NCBI GenBank assembly: GCA_037441145.1
Contig: JBBISR010000007.1
Coordinates: forward strand, 24,988 to 88,987
Direction of reading: 5' to 3'
Origin: Armatimonadota bacterium
Lineage (GTDB): Bacteria > Vulcanimicrobiota > Vulcanimicrobiia > Vulcanimicrobiales > Vulcanimicrobiaceae
Length of the DNA stretch: 64,000 bases
How positions within the stretch are numbered: the stretch's first letter is position 1; every line of letters starts with the position of its first letter. This document shows positions 8,327 to 18,152 of the stretch, one piece after another. The position numbers were made by a program, and so were the translations under genes. A model generated the notes under the pieces. The model saw nothing but the letters and a program-made list of their open reading frames with translations, searched no databases and was not told where the DNA came from.

Positions 8327-10108
8327 ATGGGATTCGAAGGGGCGCAGATTCGCGAGGTGCTTGCAAAGACGGACCTCGCCGTCCTCATCGGCTCGTACGT
8401 GCAGCTCAATCGTCGCGGGCGCGATCTCGTCGGCCTCTGCCCGTTCCACGGTGAGAAGACGCCGTCGTTTCACGTCCACCCCGATACCGGATATTATAAA
8501 TGTTTCGGGTGCGCCGAAGGCGGCGACGCGATTTCGTTTTTACGCAAACAGGAAGGCTTGACGTTCGGCGATGCGGTGCGGACGCTCGCGAAGCGCGCCG
8601 GGATCGAACTCGAACCCGAATCGCCGCAGCAAGCGCGCGCGCGAAGCGAACGCGAGACGATCGTCGCCGCGAATCAGATCGCGGTCGCCTACTTTCAGAA
8701 GATGCTCCTGATCGATGCGGCCGGTGCCGATGCCCGCGCCTATTGCGCGAAGCGCGGCCTCGATCGCGCGACGATCGAACGTTTCAAACTCGGGTTCGCG
8801 CCCGATCGTTGGGACGGCCTCACCCGCGAGCTGCAATCGAACGGCGTCGACCTCACCGTCGCAACGCGTGCGGGATTGCTTAAAGAAGGCCAACGCGGGC
8901 ACTACGATTTCTTTCGCGGTCGGCTGATGATCCCGACCTACGCGACGACGACGGGCGAACCGATCGCCTTCGGCGGGCGCACGCTCGGCAGCGAAGAGCC
9001 GAAGTATCTCAATACCGGAACGACGCCCGTCTACACCAAGGGCCGTGGGCTCTACGCGCTCGACATCGCGCGCAAGAACGCGGCGAAAACCGATTCCGTG
9101 ATCGTCGTCGAGGGCTATCTCGATTGCATCGCGCTGCACGTTTCCGGATTCACGACGGCGATCGCCTCGCTCGGTACGGCATTTACGCCCGAGCAGGCCG
9201 CCGAGATCAAGCGCTATGCGAAAACGGCGTTTCTCTGCTACGACGCGGATAAAGCGGGCCGCGTGGCAACCGCAAAGGCGGTCGACATCCTCATTGCGGC
9301 GAGCGTGAACGTCGGCGTCCTCGAACTCCCGGCGGGCGAGGACCCCGATTCGTACGTGCGCGCGAATGGTGCCGACGCGTTTCGCGAACGCATCTCGAAC
9401 GCCGCGGAACCCGTGCGGTTCAAGCTCGATAACGCGCTTGCCGAACGCGATACGTTTCGCACGCGCGAAGAACTCGTGACGTGGGCGGAACAGACGATCC
9501 GCGCGATCGCGCCGCAAGCCGAATGGGATAAAGAGCGCACGTACGTGGCGTTGCGGCTCGGCCTCAATCCCGACGACCTTCGGCGCAATCGGTTGATGAT
9601 GGCGCCGCGGTACGTGATGCGCGACGGGCGGCTCGAAGGGCCGACGCGGACGCAGCACGCGATCGTCCGCGAAGCGCCACCGTGGGAGCGCGACACGATC
9701 GTCGTGCTGCTCGAAGAGCCCGCGCTCATCGCCGATTTCGCGGCTCGCATCGCGCCGGAGCGGTTCTCGCACGAGCGGATTCGCGCGTTCTTCGAACGCA
9801 TGCGGGCGGAAGTGGTCTCGCTCGCGCAACCATCCGATGTCATGGCGTTGTTCTCGGATGATGCCGAGGCGCTTTCGGCACTTGCCGCGATCGCAAACCC
9901 GGAGCGTTCGTCGCAAGTGCGTTTCAACGACACGGAAGCGCGGCGCGATTTCCTCGAGCGGCTCGTCGAACGCTTTGCGATCGACGATCAGCGCAAGCGT
10001 TTTCGCGAACTTAGCGCGGAGATCGACCGTCTCTACGATGCGGGCGAAGCGATTCCGCCCGCGGTGCGCGAAGAGTATGCGGCTCTCGCGGCCAAAGTAA
10101 AACGGTAG
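8327..10108 (+). CDS. dnaG: DNA primase
   Basis: Contains the zinc finger CPFHGEKTPSFHVHPDTGYYKCFGC and TOPRIM motifs (VVEGYLD, CYDADKAG). ATG at 8327. Confidence 0.95.
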   Translation: MGFEGAQIREVLAKTDLAVLIGSYVQLNRRGRDLVGLCPFHGEKTPSFHVHPDTGYYKCFGCAEGGDAISFLRKQEGLTFGDAVRTLAKRAGIELEPESPQQARARSERETIVAANQIAVAYFQKMLLIDAAGADARAYCAKRGLDRATIERFKLGFAPDRWDGLTRELQSNGVDLTVATRAGLLKEGQRGHYDFFRGRLMIPTYATTTGEPIAFGGRTLGSEEPKYLNTGTTPVYTKGRGLYALDIARKNAAKTDSVIVVEGYLDCIALHVSGFTTAIASLGTAFTPEQAAEIKRYAKTAFLCYDADKAGRVATAKAVDILIAASVNVGVLELPAGEDPDSYVRANGADAFRERISNAAEPVRFKLDNALAERDTFRTREELVTWAEQTIRAIAPQAEWDKERTYVALRLGLNPDDLRRNRLMMAPRYVMRDGRLEGPTRTQHAIVREAPPWERDTIVVLLEEPALIADFAARIAPERFSHERIRAFFERMRAEVVSLAQPSDVMALFSDDAEALSALAAIANPERSSQVRFNDTEARRDFLERLVERFAIDDQRKRFRELSAEIDRLYDAGEAIPPAVREEYAALAAKVKR

Positions 10109-10208
10109 GTTCAGCGCGAAAGCGTCTGGCTCGCGATTGCGCCGCGGAGCGTATCGTCAAGCCAACGGCACTGCGTAAAGCAATTCGAGAGGGGGTGAAC
10201 AGCAAAAT

Positions 10209-11390
10209 ATGGCACGCAAAAAAACAAGTGGAGCGGTAGCGGAAGCGCCGCAAGTGCCGCTCGAAGAGGCGATCAAGAAACTTATCGAGCGCGGCAAGAA
10301 GCGCGGCGCATTGACCTATGAAGAAATCAACACCGTTTTCGACAACGCACCGGAAGACGTCAACCCCGAGCGCATGGACGATCTCATCGAAGAGATCGCG
10401 GCGATGGGAATCGAGGTCTCCGAGGAGCTTGCGAAGGACGATAAACCGGACCGTGAAGCCACGGAAAATGCCGGCGGAAACGATACCGTCATCGCGCAGG
10501 GCCTCGCACTCGACGATCCCGTTCGGATGTACCTCAAAGAGATCGGGCGCGTCCCACTCCTCTCGATGGACGACGAACGCAATCTCGCGATGGCGATCGA
10601 AGCGGGCGAACTCGAAATCGCTAAGAACGGCACCGCGCGCGGCGACGTCGTGTACGCGGGCGATGAAGCGAAGCGCCGACTCACCGAAGCGAACCTTCGG
10701 CTTGTCGTTTCGATCGCGAAGAAATACGTTGGCCGCGGGATGCTCTTTTTGGACCTCATCCAGGAAGGAAATCTCGGGCTGATTCGCGCGGTCGAGAAAT
10801 TCGATTATCGCAAAGGCTATAAGTTTTCGACGTATGCGACGTGGTGGATCCGTCAAGCGATCACGCGCGCGCTCGCAGACCAGGCGCGGACGATCCGCAT
10901 TCCCGTGCATATGGTCGAGACGATCAATCGCCTGATTAAGATCTCGCGCCAGCTCCTCCAAGAACTCGGGCGCGATCCGACGGTCGACGAAATCGCGGAA
11001 CAGATGGGCCTCACGGCCGAGAAGGTTCGCGAAGTTATCAAGATCTCGCAAGAACCGATCTCGCTCGAAACCCCGATCGGTGAAGAAGAAGATTCGCACC
11101 TCGGCGACTTCATCGAGGATCAGGAAGCGGTCGCTCCCGCAGAAGCGGCCTCCGTCATGCTCCTTAAAGAGAAGATGGCGGATGTTCTCAAGAACCTGAC
11201 CGACCGCGAGCGGAAGGTGCTCGTCTTACGGTTCGGTTTGGAAGACGGCCATCAGCGCACGCTCGAAGAGGTTGGCCACGAATTCGGGGTCACGCGCGAG
11301 CGAATCCGCCAGATCGAGGCGAAAGCGCTCCGCAAACTGCGCCACCCGAGTCGCGGGAAAGCCTTGAAAGACTACTGGTCCAACGAATAA
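10209..11390 (+). CDS. rpoD: primary RNA polymerase sigma factor (sigma-70)
   Basis: Region 2 has [13 protein letters not shown], and regions 3 and 4 follow (region 4 includes [20 protein letters not shown]). It sits directly after dnaG, the conserved macromolecular-synthesis gene order. Confidence 0.95.
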   Translation: MARKKTSGAVAEAPQVPLEEAIKKLIERGKKRGALTYEEINTVFDNAPEDVNPERMDDLIEEIAAMGIEVSEELAKDDKPDREATENAGGNDTVIAQGLALDDPVRMYLKEIGRVPLLSMDDERNLAMAIEAGELEIAKNGTARGDVVYAGDEAKRRLTEANLRLVVSIAKKYVGRGMLFLDLIQEGNLGLIRAVEKFDYRKGYKFSTYATWWIRQAITRALADQARTIRIPVHMVETINRLIKISRQLLQELGRDPTVDEIAEQMGLTAEKVREVIKISQEPISLETPIGEEEDSHLGDFIEDQEAVAPAEAASVMLLKEKMADVLKNLTDRERKVLVLRFGLEDGHQRTLEEVGHEFGVTRERIRQIEAKALRKLRHPSRGKALKDYWSNE

Positions 11391-11420
11391 AACGAGCGCC
11401 TGCGAAGGCGCTCGTTTTAT
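11389..11420. terminator. intrinsic terminator between convergent rpoD and the 11445 gene
   Basis: Perfect hairpin AACGAGCGCC-tgcgaa-GGCGCTCGTT flanked by A-run and T-run (aaAACGAGCGCC...GGCGCTCGTTttat). The flanks allow it to act in both directions. Confidence 0.7.
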
Positions 11421-11444
11421 TACGGTTGCTTTGAAGCCCCGTGC

Positions 11445-12152
11445 CTAATGCTCGGCGTTCGGGTTCGCCGACTTACTCGGGGTGACGGCGGGGTTAAGTT
11501 CGGCGAAAGCGCCGTTCGCGTTGGGCTTGACCCAAACTTGGAGATCCCAAATCGCCCGATAGAGGAATGCGAACTTCACGTCGGCCGGCTTCGCGACGAT
11601 CGCGCCTTTGGGCCGATCGGCGAGCGCCTTGACGAGAATTTCTGGCGTCGGATGGCTCGGATCGCCGCCGGCGGCCGTATAAGCTGCCGTACCGAGGCCA
11701 CCGTATTTCACCGTGCCGTCGGGCATCGCGATTCCGAAGTGGATGTGGCCCGGAATCTTCACCCAGCGCTTCGGATCGGTAACGCCGTTATACGCGGCGG
11801 GCGGCGCTGCCGAATCCGCCTGCTCCACCGAGTAATCGGCACCGAGAAGGTTGCCCTTCGCGTCGTACCAGAGCTGGCTCGGCGCGTCGGGGAAGTGCGA
11901 CGTCCACTTGTCGTTTGCGTAGCTGATCGAACCGCTCTTGTCTTCCTCGGTGTAACGGACGTAGCCAGCCTTGACGGCGGCATCGGCGGTTGCGAACTTC
12001 TTGCCGAGCGCTTTCTGCACGGCTTCGACAAACGGTTTCTCGGCCGCGGTCGGCTGCCCCGACGCGGGTGTTTCGTCTGCGGCGAATGCGGGTGCGGCCG
12101 GCAAGAGCAGCGTGAGACACGCTAGCGCGAGGGCGAAGTGACGACGGACCAT
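11445..12152 (-). CDS. secreted hypothetical protein
   Basis: The ATG at 12152 gives a signal peptide MVRRHFALALACLTLLLPAAPAFA|ADE. There is no recognisable domain. The upstream part of the 320-aa ORF is Arg-rich junk. Confidence 0.6.
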   Translation of the reverse strand: MVRRHFALALACLTLLLPAAPAFAADETPASGQPTAAEKPFVEAVQKALGKKFATADAAVKAGYVRYTEEDKSGSISYANDKWTSHFPDAPSQLWYDAKGNLLGADYSVEQADSAAPPAAYNGVTDPKRWVKIPGHIHFGIAMPDGTVKYGGLGTAAYTAAGGDPSHPTPEILVKALADRPKGAIVAKPADVKFAFLYRAIWDLQVWVKPNANGAFAELNPAVTPSKSANPNAEH

Positions 12153-12192
12153 ACGGACTCCTTCGAAGCGGTCGGCGCCTGATTCCAAAATA

Positions 12193-12807
12193 CTACGGAG
12201 TAGGCGTCGCGGTGGGTTGGGCCGTTTCCGCCGGCGTTGCGGCTGGCGTTGCGGTCGGGACCGGCGTCGGGCTCGGACGAGCGGTCGGCCGAATGACGGG
12301 CGTCGGGGTCTTGAGCGGAATCGGCGTGAATTCCCCGTACGGTCGGTCGGTCGAGAGCCGAACCGGCAACGGAATTTGGATTTGAATGTGCGCGGGGTCG
12401 CTGGCATCGACGGTGGCGAGCGTCACCATCACGAGCGTCGCGCCGGTTGCCGACGCACCGATCGGCGCGACCGCGCGGACGGGCAAGCTGCCGCCGAGGA
12501 TCGGAATCCCATCGGTAGCGACATCCTCGACGCCCTCGGTTGTAACCGGTTTCCGGCGGAGACCCTCCACGCGCAGGCGAACGATCGTTCCGGGCGGCGC
12601 GAGTTCCGTCGCCCCCACCGAGAGCCCGTCGCGAAGGTGCGCTTTCACGGCGCGCCCGGGGCGATCGCGTGCGGGGTCGATCGCTTCATCGAGGACGAGC
12701 GTGATCGCCGTCTTCATCGCAAGCGTCGACGCGCTCGTGACGGCCGGGGATGCAGAAACCACAGGCGTCATAGGAGACGCCTGCGGCAATGCGAGAGAGC
12801 CGGACAA
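12193..12807 (-). CDS. hypothetical protein with Pro/Thr-rich C-terminus (start uncertain)
   Basis: ORF from TTG 12807. The in-frame upstream codons read SNISIFGLAAAALSGSLALPQA, which is signal-peptide-like, but contain no ATG/GTG/TTG. Possible ATC 12837 or ATT 12831 start. The C-terminal tail is PTPVPTATPAATPAETAQPTATPTP. Confidence 0.5.
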   Translation of the reverse strand: MSGSLALPQASPMTPVVSASPAVTSASTLAMKTAITLVLDEAIDPARDRPGRAVKAHLRDGLSVGATELAPPGTIVRLRVEGLRRKPVTTEGVEDVATDGIPILGGSLPVRAVAPIGASATGATLVMVTLATVDASDPAHIQIQIPLPVRLSTDRPYGEFTPIPLKTPTPVIRPTARPSPTPVPTATPAATPAETAQPTATPTP

Positions 12808-12842
12808 CGCCGCGGCGGCGAGGCCGAAAATCGAGATGTTGC

Positions 12843-13214
12843 TTAGGATGCTTTCTTCTCTCGCTCGGCTGCGGCGGCTTGAGCTGCTGCCGCAAGCTTC
12901 CCTTGCTCGATAAGGGCCTTTACCTTTTGTCCGCCCTTCTGTCCGATTTCCTCGTAGAAACTCGGGCCGTAACGGTCTCGGGTAGCTTCGCCACCTTTTT
13001 TGCCGCCTTTCTTGCCGATCGCCTCATAAAATGCATGGCCGTGGGCGGCTTTCGTCGCTTGGCCGCCTTTACGACCGATCATCTCGTAGAATTCCGGGCC
13101 GTACTTTTTCTTGACGGTCTCGCCGCCTTTTTGACCGGCTTCGCGAACGCTCATACCGGCGGGTTTCGCCGCGTCGGCGGCGATGATGGGAGGGGTATCT
13201 TCGGATTTCGACAT
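12843..13214 (-). CDS. KGG-repeat general stress protein
   Basis: Repeated GQKGGETV / GRKGGQAT / GKKGGKKGGEAT / GQKGGQKV motifs with YGPEFYEMIG, HAFYEAIG and YGPSFYEEIG, as in YciG/GsiB-type stress-induced KGG-repeat proteins. The ATG at 13214 gives MSKSEDTPP. Confidence 0.75.
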   Translation of the reverse strand: MSKSEDTPPIIAADAAKPAGMSVREAGQKGGETVKKKYGPEFYEMIGRKGGQATKAAHGHAFYEAIGKKGGKKGGEATRDRYGPSFYEEIGQKGGQKVKALIEQGKLAAAAQAAAAEREKKAS

Positions 13215-13287
13215 GGGTGCGCGTTCCTCGATTTCTTGTGTTGCCTGACCAATCAACGTGAGCGCCGACTGAATCATTGCTTCGGAC

Positions 13288-13305
13288 TGTGAAATTCAAG
13301 TCACA
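13288..13305. promoter_or_regulatory. CRP/FNR-like palindrome TGTGA-N8-TCACA in a divergent intergenic region
   Basis: TGTGAaattcaagTCACA lies 74 nt upstream of the KGG stress gene start and 36 nt upstream of the PPIase start. The half-sites are perfect, but the spacer is 8 nt rather than the canonical 6. Confidence 0.25.
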
Positions 13306-13340
13306 AAGTGCTCGGAGGCAAGGAAGCGAATCAGCGAGCG

Positions 13341-14873
13341 ATGGCATTGCGATTCGCGACCACCCGGCTGGCAAGCGTCGGGGTAGCCCTGTTGCTTGGT
13401 TTACCCATTCCCGCGTTCGGCCAGACGCAGCCGAGCGCGCGCGAAGCCGCCTATCGCAGCATTCTCGGTGCGGAGGCCGAGCGCGCGGTCGATGCCGCGC
13501 TCGTCGCCGCGCTGCAAAGCGCCGATCCGTCGATCGCCCAACGTGCGGCGCTCGGCCTCGGTCGCACGCGCACCGCCGCGGCATATGCGCCGCTCCTTGC
13601 CGCCTGGGCAACGGATTCCGGAACGCGCGCGATGATCGTCTATGCGCTTGGGTTGCTCGCGAACGTGCGACAGGCCGAAGCGGAGCACGCGCGGGCGGCG
13701 GCCGTCGTCGAGCGCGCGCTCGCGGACACGGCGAGCGGCGTGCGGCTGGCGGCATGCGATAGCGTCGACCGCTTCGGCGCGGCGGCGCGTCTCCCGAGCG
13801 CGCCCGTGGGCGAACTCGGCCGGCTCTTCACGCGGTTCGCGCGCGTCCTCGAATCGCTCGTCGCGCACGATCCCGATGCGCGAGTTCGTAGCCGCGCCGC
13901 ACTCGCGCTCGCAACATTTGCGGGCGCGCCGGGTGCGAAGGAGGTGGCGGGGGCACTCGGCCGCGCGGTCCTCGCCGATCCCGATACCGACGTTCGGCGT
14001 CACGCCGCCTGGTCGCTCAGCCGTGCGTTCGCCAAGGAAGTCGCAACGTCGACCGTGATCGACGGCGCGAGCGACGCCGATGAGGTCGTACGGATTCAAT
14101 TCGCGCGCTTGATCGGCCGTCGTAACGATGCCAAGCTCGGACGCGAATTGACGCTCCTCGCGCGCGACCCTTCGTGGCGCGTACAAGAACAGGCGCGCGA
14201 GGCCCAGCGGCTCCTTGCAAAGGAAACACCGACCGATCACCTCACGGCGATCCCGCGTGGGGTGCGCACTCCGAACCCATCGCCGATCCCCGATGCGCAA
14301 GCATCGGCGCTCCCCCGCCCGGCGGCGACGGGCGGGCCGGCGAAGCCTACGGTCGCGCGCGCGAACGTCGCGATCCCGCTCCGTCTCGATACTGCCGCTT
14401 CGTTGCTCGGCCCGAGTGCGGGCCCGCACCCGCGCGTGCGCATCACAACATCGCAGGGCGCGATCGTGGTCCGGCTCTTTCCGGAATGGGCACCGCTCAC
14501 CGTCGAGAATTTCCTCGATCTTACCGATCGCGGCTATTTCGACGGCCTTCGTTGGTTCCGGATCGTGCCCGATTTCGTCGTGCAAACGGGCGACCCGAAG
14601 GACGATGGCGAGGGCGACGCGGGCTACCAAATTCTGGCCGAAGAAAATCCGCTGGAGCAATCGAGCGGAACGCTCTCGATGGGGCTGAATTACGATAAGG
14701 CCGGACCACAGCGCGATAGCGCGGGTACGCAGTTTTACATCGATCTCTCGCCGCAGTACCATCTCGACCGCGATTTCACGGTCTTCGGGCGCGTCGAAGC
14801 CGGATTCGACGTGCTCGGGCGCCTTACCGAATCCGATCGCATGCTCAAAGTCGAGCGGATCGCGGACCGCTAG
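13341..14873 (+). CDS. secreted HEAT-repeat protein fused to a cyclophilin-type peptidyl-prolyl isomerase
   Basis: The C-terminal ~160 aa (ITTSQGAIVVRLFPEWAPLTVENFLDLTDRGYFDGLRWFRIVPDFVVQTGDP...TVFGRV) form a cyclophilin domain. The N-terminus has a signal peptide plus repeated A..AL..L.D.D..VR HEAT-like units. Confidence 0.85.
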   Translation: MALRFATTRLASVGVALLLGLPIPAFGQTQPSAREAAYRSILGAEAERAVDAALVAALQSADPSIAQRAALGLGRTRTAAAYAPLLAAWATDSGTRAMIVYALGLLANVRQAEAEHARAAAVVERALADTASGVRLAACDSVDRFGAAARLPSAPVGELGRLFTRFARVLESLVAHDPDARVRSRAALALATFAGAPGAKEVAGALGRAVLADPDTDVRRHAAWSLSRAFAKEVATSTVIDGASDADEVVRIQFARLIGRRNDAKLGRELTLLARDPSWRVQEQAREAQRLLAKETPTDHLTAIPRGVRTPNPSPIPDAQASALPRPAATGGPAKPTVARANVAIPLRLDTAASLLGPSAGPHPRVRITTSQGAIVVRLFPEWAPLTVENFLDLTDRGYFDGLRWFRIVPDFVVQTGDPKDDGEGDAGYQILAEENPLEQSSGTLSMGLNYDKAGPQRDSAGTQFYIDLSPQYHLDRDFTVFGRVEAGFDVLGRLTESDRMLKVERIADR

Positions 14874-14890
14874 CTCAGTTGGAGAAGCAC

Positions 14891-15958
14891 TTGCGCCTCG
14901 TTCGCCCTTCGCCCAATCGCCGTACCGCGAGCGCGTTCGTCGCCGTCCTCGCGCTTCTCGTCATGCCGAGCGCCGCCGATGCGCATGAAAAATGGTTTTT
15001 CGATCCGAGCGCCTTCCCGCTGCGGTTCGATGTGTTTTTCTCCGAAGGACCGGTTTGGTGGACGCTCGGCACGCTCGTCGTCGTCGCGCTCCTTGCCGTT
15101 TTGTGGAACAAGCGCGGCCACCGCGATTTCATCCCCGATCCCGATCGTCTGGGCGCGACCCCGCAGAGTACGCGCGTCGTCTACGCATTGCTGCCGCTCA
15201 TCATCGGCGTGCACGTCGCGGTGCCGTTGTTTTTCAACGGTACGCACGGCATCTTGTTCTCGCCGAACATCCAGCTGCACGGCCCGGCGGCCTATCTTTG
15301 CGGAATCGGGGAAATTTATGTCGCGCTTGCGTTTCTCTACGGCGGGCTGACGCGGCTCGCGGCGATCTTGCTCGCGGCGCTCTGGCTCGCCGGTATTCCG
15401 CTTGCCGGCCTGCAAGCGATGCTCGATAACGCGATGTTTCTCGGTATCGCGGCGTTTTTCTTCATGGTCGGCCGCGGCCCGATCTCGATCGATCGTTTCA
15501 TGTTTCCGCGGTTGGAGCCGCCCGAGGCGCTCGCGCGACATGCGGTCACGGCGCTTCGGGTGGGCATCGGCGCGAGCTTCGTCGTCGTCGCATTCACGGA
15601 GAAACTTGCGAACCTGCCGTATGCACTCGCGTTTCTCCGGCACTACCCGCTGAACTTCACGGCGTTCTTTCACGTCCCGATCCCCGACACGATCTTCATG
15701 TCCGGGGCGGGTGCGGTCGAACTGCTCATCGGTCTGTGTTTGCTCTTCGGTATCTTCGCACGCGAAATCATCATCCTCGCGTGGCTTCCGATCAACGTCA
15801 CGTTGACGTACTTCAACGATGTCGAGTTGATCGGGCATCTCCCGATCTACGGGATCATGGCCCTGCTCCTTATCTGGATTCCGGGCGAGGCGAACCGCGA
15901 TCAGTGGATTGCGGGGCTGCGCCTTTTCCGCGCGGTCCCAGAAGGGCTACGGCGTTAG
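14891..15958 (+). CDS. polytopic membrane protein, unknown function
   Basis: About 8 hydrophobic segments. The TTG at 14891 is preceded by GGAG at a 6-nt spacing. An alternative TTG lies at 14879. Confidence 0.6.
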   Translation: MRLVRPSPNRRTASAFVAVLALLVMPSAADAHEKWFFDPSAFPLRFDVFFSEGPVWWTLGTLVVVALLAVLWNKRGHRDFIPDPDRLGATPQSTRVVYALLPLIIGVHVAVPLFFNGTHGILFSPNIQLHGPAAYLCGIGEIYVALAFLYGGLTRLAAILLAALWLAGIPLAGLQAMLDNAMFLGIAAFFFMVGRGPISIDRFMFPRLEPPEALARHAVTALRVGIGASFVVVAFTEKLANLPYALAFLRHYPLNFTAFFHVPIPDTIFMSGAGAVELLIGLCLLFGIFAREIIILAWLPINVTLTYFNDVELIGHLPIYGIMALLLIWIPGEANRDQWIAGLRLFRAVPEGLRR

Positions 15959-16869
15959 CGATCGATCATCGAGCGCAATGCGAAGAAGGCGTTTTCGCGG
16001 CGCTCCATGATGCGGCGGTAAAAATACCCGGCCCAGTGCGAGCCGTATGGCACGTAGACGCGAACGGTATATCCGTCCGCGACGAGCGCCCGCTGGAGTT
16101 CCGGGCGTACGCCGTAGAGCATCTGGAACTCGAATCGATCCTTGCCGATCCCGTGAAGTTCGACGAACGATCGGATCGCGCGGACGATCTTCGGATCGTG
16201 CGTCGCGATCGCGGGATAGTTGCCGCGGGTCAGGAGCGCTTCGGCGAGCCGGAGATACTCGCGCCGGATCACTTGCATGTCCTTGTGCGCGATCGACGCG
16301 TCCTCGTTATACGCGCCTTTGCAGAGCCGGACGCGCGCGCCGAGCGCGATGCAGCGCTCGACATCCTCGGGCGTGCGCTTGAGATAGGCCTGAAGCACGG
16401 GCCCGACGTTCCCCGTTTCGCGAAAGAGCCGCTCCATGACGTCGAGCGTCGAATCCACGACGGCCGAGCCTTCCATGTCGATCCGCACGAAGGGATCGTC
16501 GTTGTGCGCGGCGCTCGCGACGATCGCGCGCACGTTCTCGGCGCAGAAATCGGGATCGACGAGTAACCCGAGCGCGGTCAGCTTCACGGAGACGTTGGTC
16601 TTGACGTGCGCGTCGCGTACCGCTTCCAGAACCGCCGCGTACGCATCGCGCGTCCCGATCGCTTCCGCTTTCTCGTAAACGTCTTCACCGAGAAAATCGA
16701 GCGTCGCCACGAGGCCCGCCGCGTTGAGTTCGGCGAGGACCGCGATCGCATCGGGTCCCGTCTCGCCCGCGACGAAGCGCCGTGCGAGCGGATAGAACTG
16801 CCGCTGGACTTTCGGGTGCTGGAGAACGCGATCCAAAACAGCCATGACGTTTTCGCATTCGTCCGGCAA
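15955..16869 (-). CDS. proline dehydrogenase (monofunctional PutA-like)
   Basis: LDFLGE...VSVKLTALG...VRIDMEGS...RLCKGAY...ATHD...FEFQMLYGV is the proline dehydrogenase TIM-barrel pattern. Confidence 0.85.
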   Translation of the reverse strand: MPDECENVMAVLDRVLQHPKVQRQFYPLARRFVAGETGPDAIAVLAELNAAGLVATLDFLGEDVYEKAEAIGTRDAYAAVLEAVRDAHVKTNVSVKLTALGLLVDPDFCAENVRAIVASAAHNDDPFVRIDMEGSAVVDSTLDVMERLFRETGNVGPVLQAYLKRTPEDVERCIALGARVRLCKGAYNEDASIAHKDMQVIRREYLRLAEALLTRGNYPAIATHDPKIVRAIRSFVELHGIGKDRFEFQMLYGVRPELQRALVADGYTVRVYVPYGSHWAGYFYRRIMERRENAFFALRSMIDR

Positions 16870-16896
16870 AGGAAGTGGGCCCTTTTTCCGCTTGGG

Positions 16897-17658
16897 TTAA
16901 AGCACCCGCTTGCGAACGATGGCTTGGGCCGCGACCACGCAAAGTGCGGTAAGCACGAAGAACGCGCTGACCGCTAGCGCGGGCTTGAGGCCGTCGGCGG
17001 CGAGCGTCACCGCGAGCGCGACCGGTAGTGCCGCCGGATGGTACGCGAGCACCGAGGTCGCGCCATATTCTCCGAGCGCCCGGAGCCAGCCGAGCAAAAC
17101 CCCCGCAGCGATGCTGGGCGCGGCGATGGGAAGCGCCACGCGCACGAAAACGCCGATGGTCGAGGCCCCGAGGCTGCGCGCGGCCTCCTCCAGATGCGGA
17201 TCGATTTCGGCGAATGCGGCCGTGGCGGCGATCACCACGAACGGCGCGCTCACGTACCACTCCGCGACGACCACCCCCGGAAACGCATCGACGAAGCCGA
17301 GCCCGAATCGCGCCGCGAGCGCGCCGAGCGGCGTATGCGTGCCGAGTGCTCCGAGAAGCAGCACGCCGACGGCAACCGGCGGAAGTCCGAGCGGAAGCGC
17401 CGCAGCGAAGATGCCGATGGTTCGTAGCGGCCCGCGCGCCCGGGCGAGTGCATATGCCGCGGGGATTCCGCATGCCGACGCAAGCGCGATCGCGATGAGC
17501 GAGGAGGCAAGCGAGGTGCCGATCGCCGCCACGATCGATGGAGTTCGCAGCTCGGAGACGAGCGTTTCGGGTTCGACCGACCAACCGAGGGCGAGCACGG
17601 GACCGATAAGGGCTACGAGGAACAAGGCGGCGAGAAGGCCGAGCGGACGCATGGACAC
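16897..17658 (-). CDS. ABC transporter permease (ModB/CysTW-like), orphan
   Basis: Contains the EAA loop EEAARSLGASTIGVFVRVALPIAAPSIAAGVLLGWLRALGEYGAT and has 6 TM segments. There is no adjacent ATPase or binding protein. Confidence 0.8.
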   Translation of the reverse strand: MSMRPLGLLAALFLVALIGPVLALGWSVEPETLVSELRTPSIVAAIGTSLASSLIAIALASACGIPAAYALARARGPLRTIGIFAAALPLGLPPVAVGVLLLGALGTHTPLGALAARFGLGFVDAFPGVVVAEWYVSAPFVVIAATAAFAEIDPHLEEAARSLGASTIGVFVRVALPIAAPSIAAGVLLGWLRALGEYGATSVLAYHPAALPVALAVTLAADGLKPALAVSAFFVLTALCVVAAQAIVRKRVL

Positions 17659-17740
17659 CAGCCGTTTCGTGTCTGGGAAAATTTACATTCCGCTTCGCGG
17701 TGACCGAGGCGGACTGGCGCTCGCGATGGAAAGGAGCACG

Positions 17741-18142
17741 ATGCCTGCCACTGCGTTTCGCGTGCTCGTCGCGGATGACGACCCCGAAATCTGCATGTTG
17801 ATCAATACGATCCTGCGGAACGGTCCGTACGATATTACGACGTGCAACGATGCCGAGTCCGCGCTCGTGCACATCAAGCGCGACCGGGCGTTCGATATCA
17901 TCATCTGCGACTTCATGCTGCCGGGCATTTCGGGGATCGATCTCATCACGCAGGTGCGCGCGTTGCCGATTACCGCGAGCACGCCGATCATCATGGTCTC
18001 CGGCCATAACAACTACGCGATGGATCAGCGCGCGAAAAACGCCGGCGCGAACGCGTTCTTAAACAAGCCATTCACGCTCTCGCAATTGCGCACGACCGTC
18101 GCCAATTTGCTGCAGAACCCGCTCGCCCGCACCTCGCTCTAG
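17741..18142 (+). CDS. single-domain CheY-like response regulator
   Basis: FRVLVADDD...IIICDFMLPGISG...MVSGH...FLNKPF is a receiver domain. The ATG at 17741 is preceded by AAGGAG. Confidence 0.85.
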   Translation: MPATAFRVLVADDDPEICMLINTILRNGPYDITTCNDAESALVHIKRDRAFDIIICDFMLPGISGIDLITQVRALPITASTPIIMVSGHNNYAMDQRAKNAGANAFLNKPFTLSQLRTTVANLLQNPLARTSL

Positions 18143-18152
18143 CGAGAACGGC

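Noticed and set aside
8540-11099. Long minus-strand ORFs (8540-9916 at 458 aa, 10011-11099 at 362 aa) antisense to dnaG and rpoD
   Set aside because: They are Arg/Asp/Glu-rich with low complexity, and they lie opposite two of the best-supported genes in the window.
13401-15838. Minus-strand ORFs 13401-14762 (453 aa) and 14870-15838 (322 aa)
   Set aside because: They are antisense to the HEAT-cyclophilin gene and the membrane protein gene. Their composition is dominated by R, E and D, with no motifs.
18143-18152. Looked for a yybP-ykoY manganese riboswitch upstream of mntP
   Set aside because: Only 10 nt separate mntP from the preceding response-regulator gene, so there is no room for a riboswitch.
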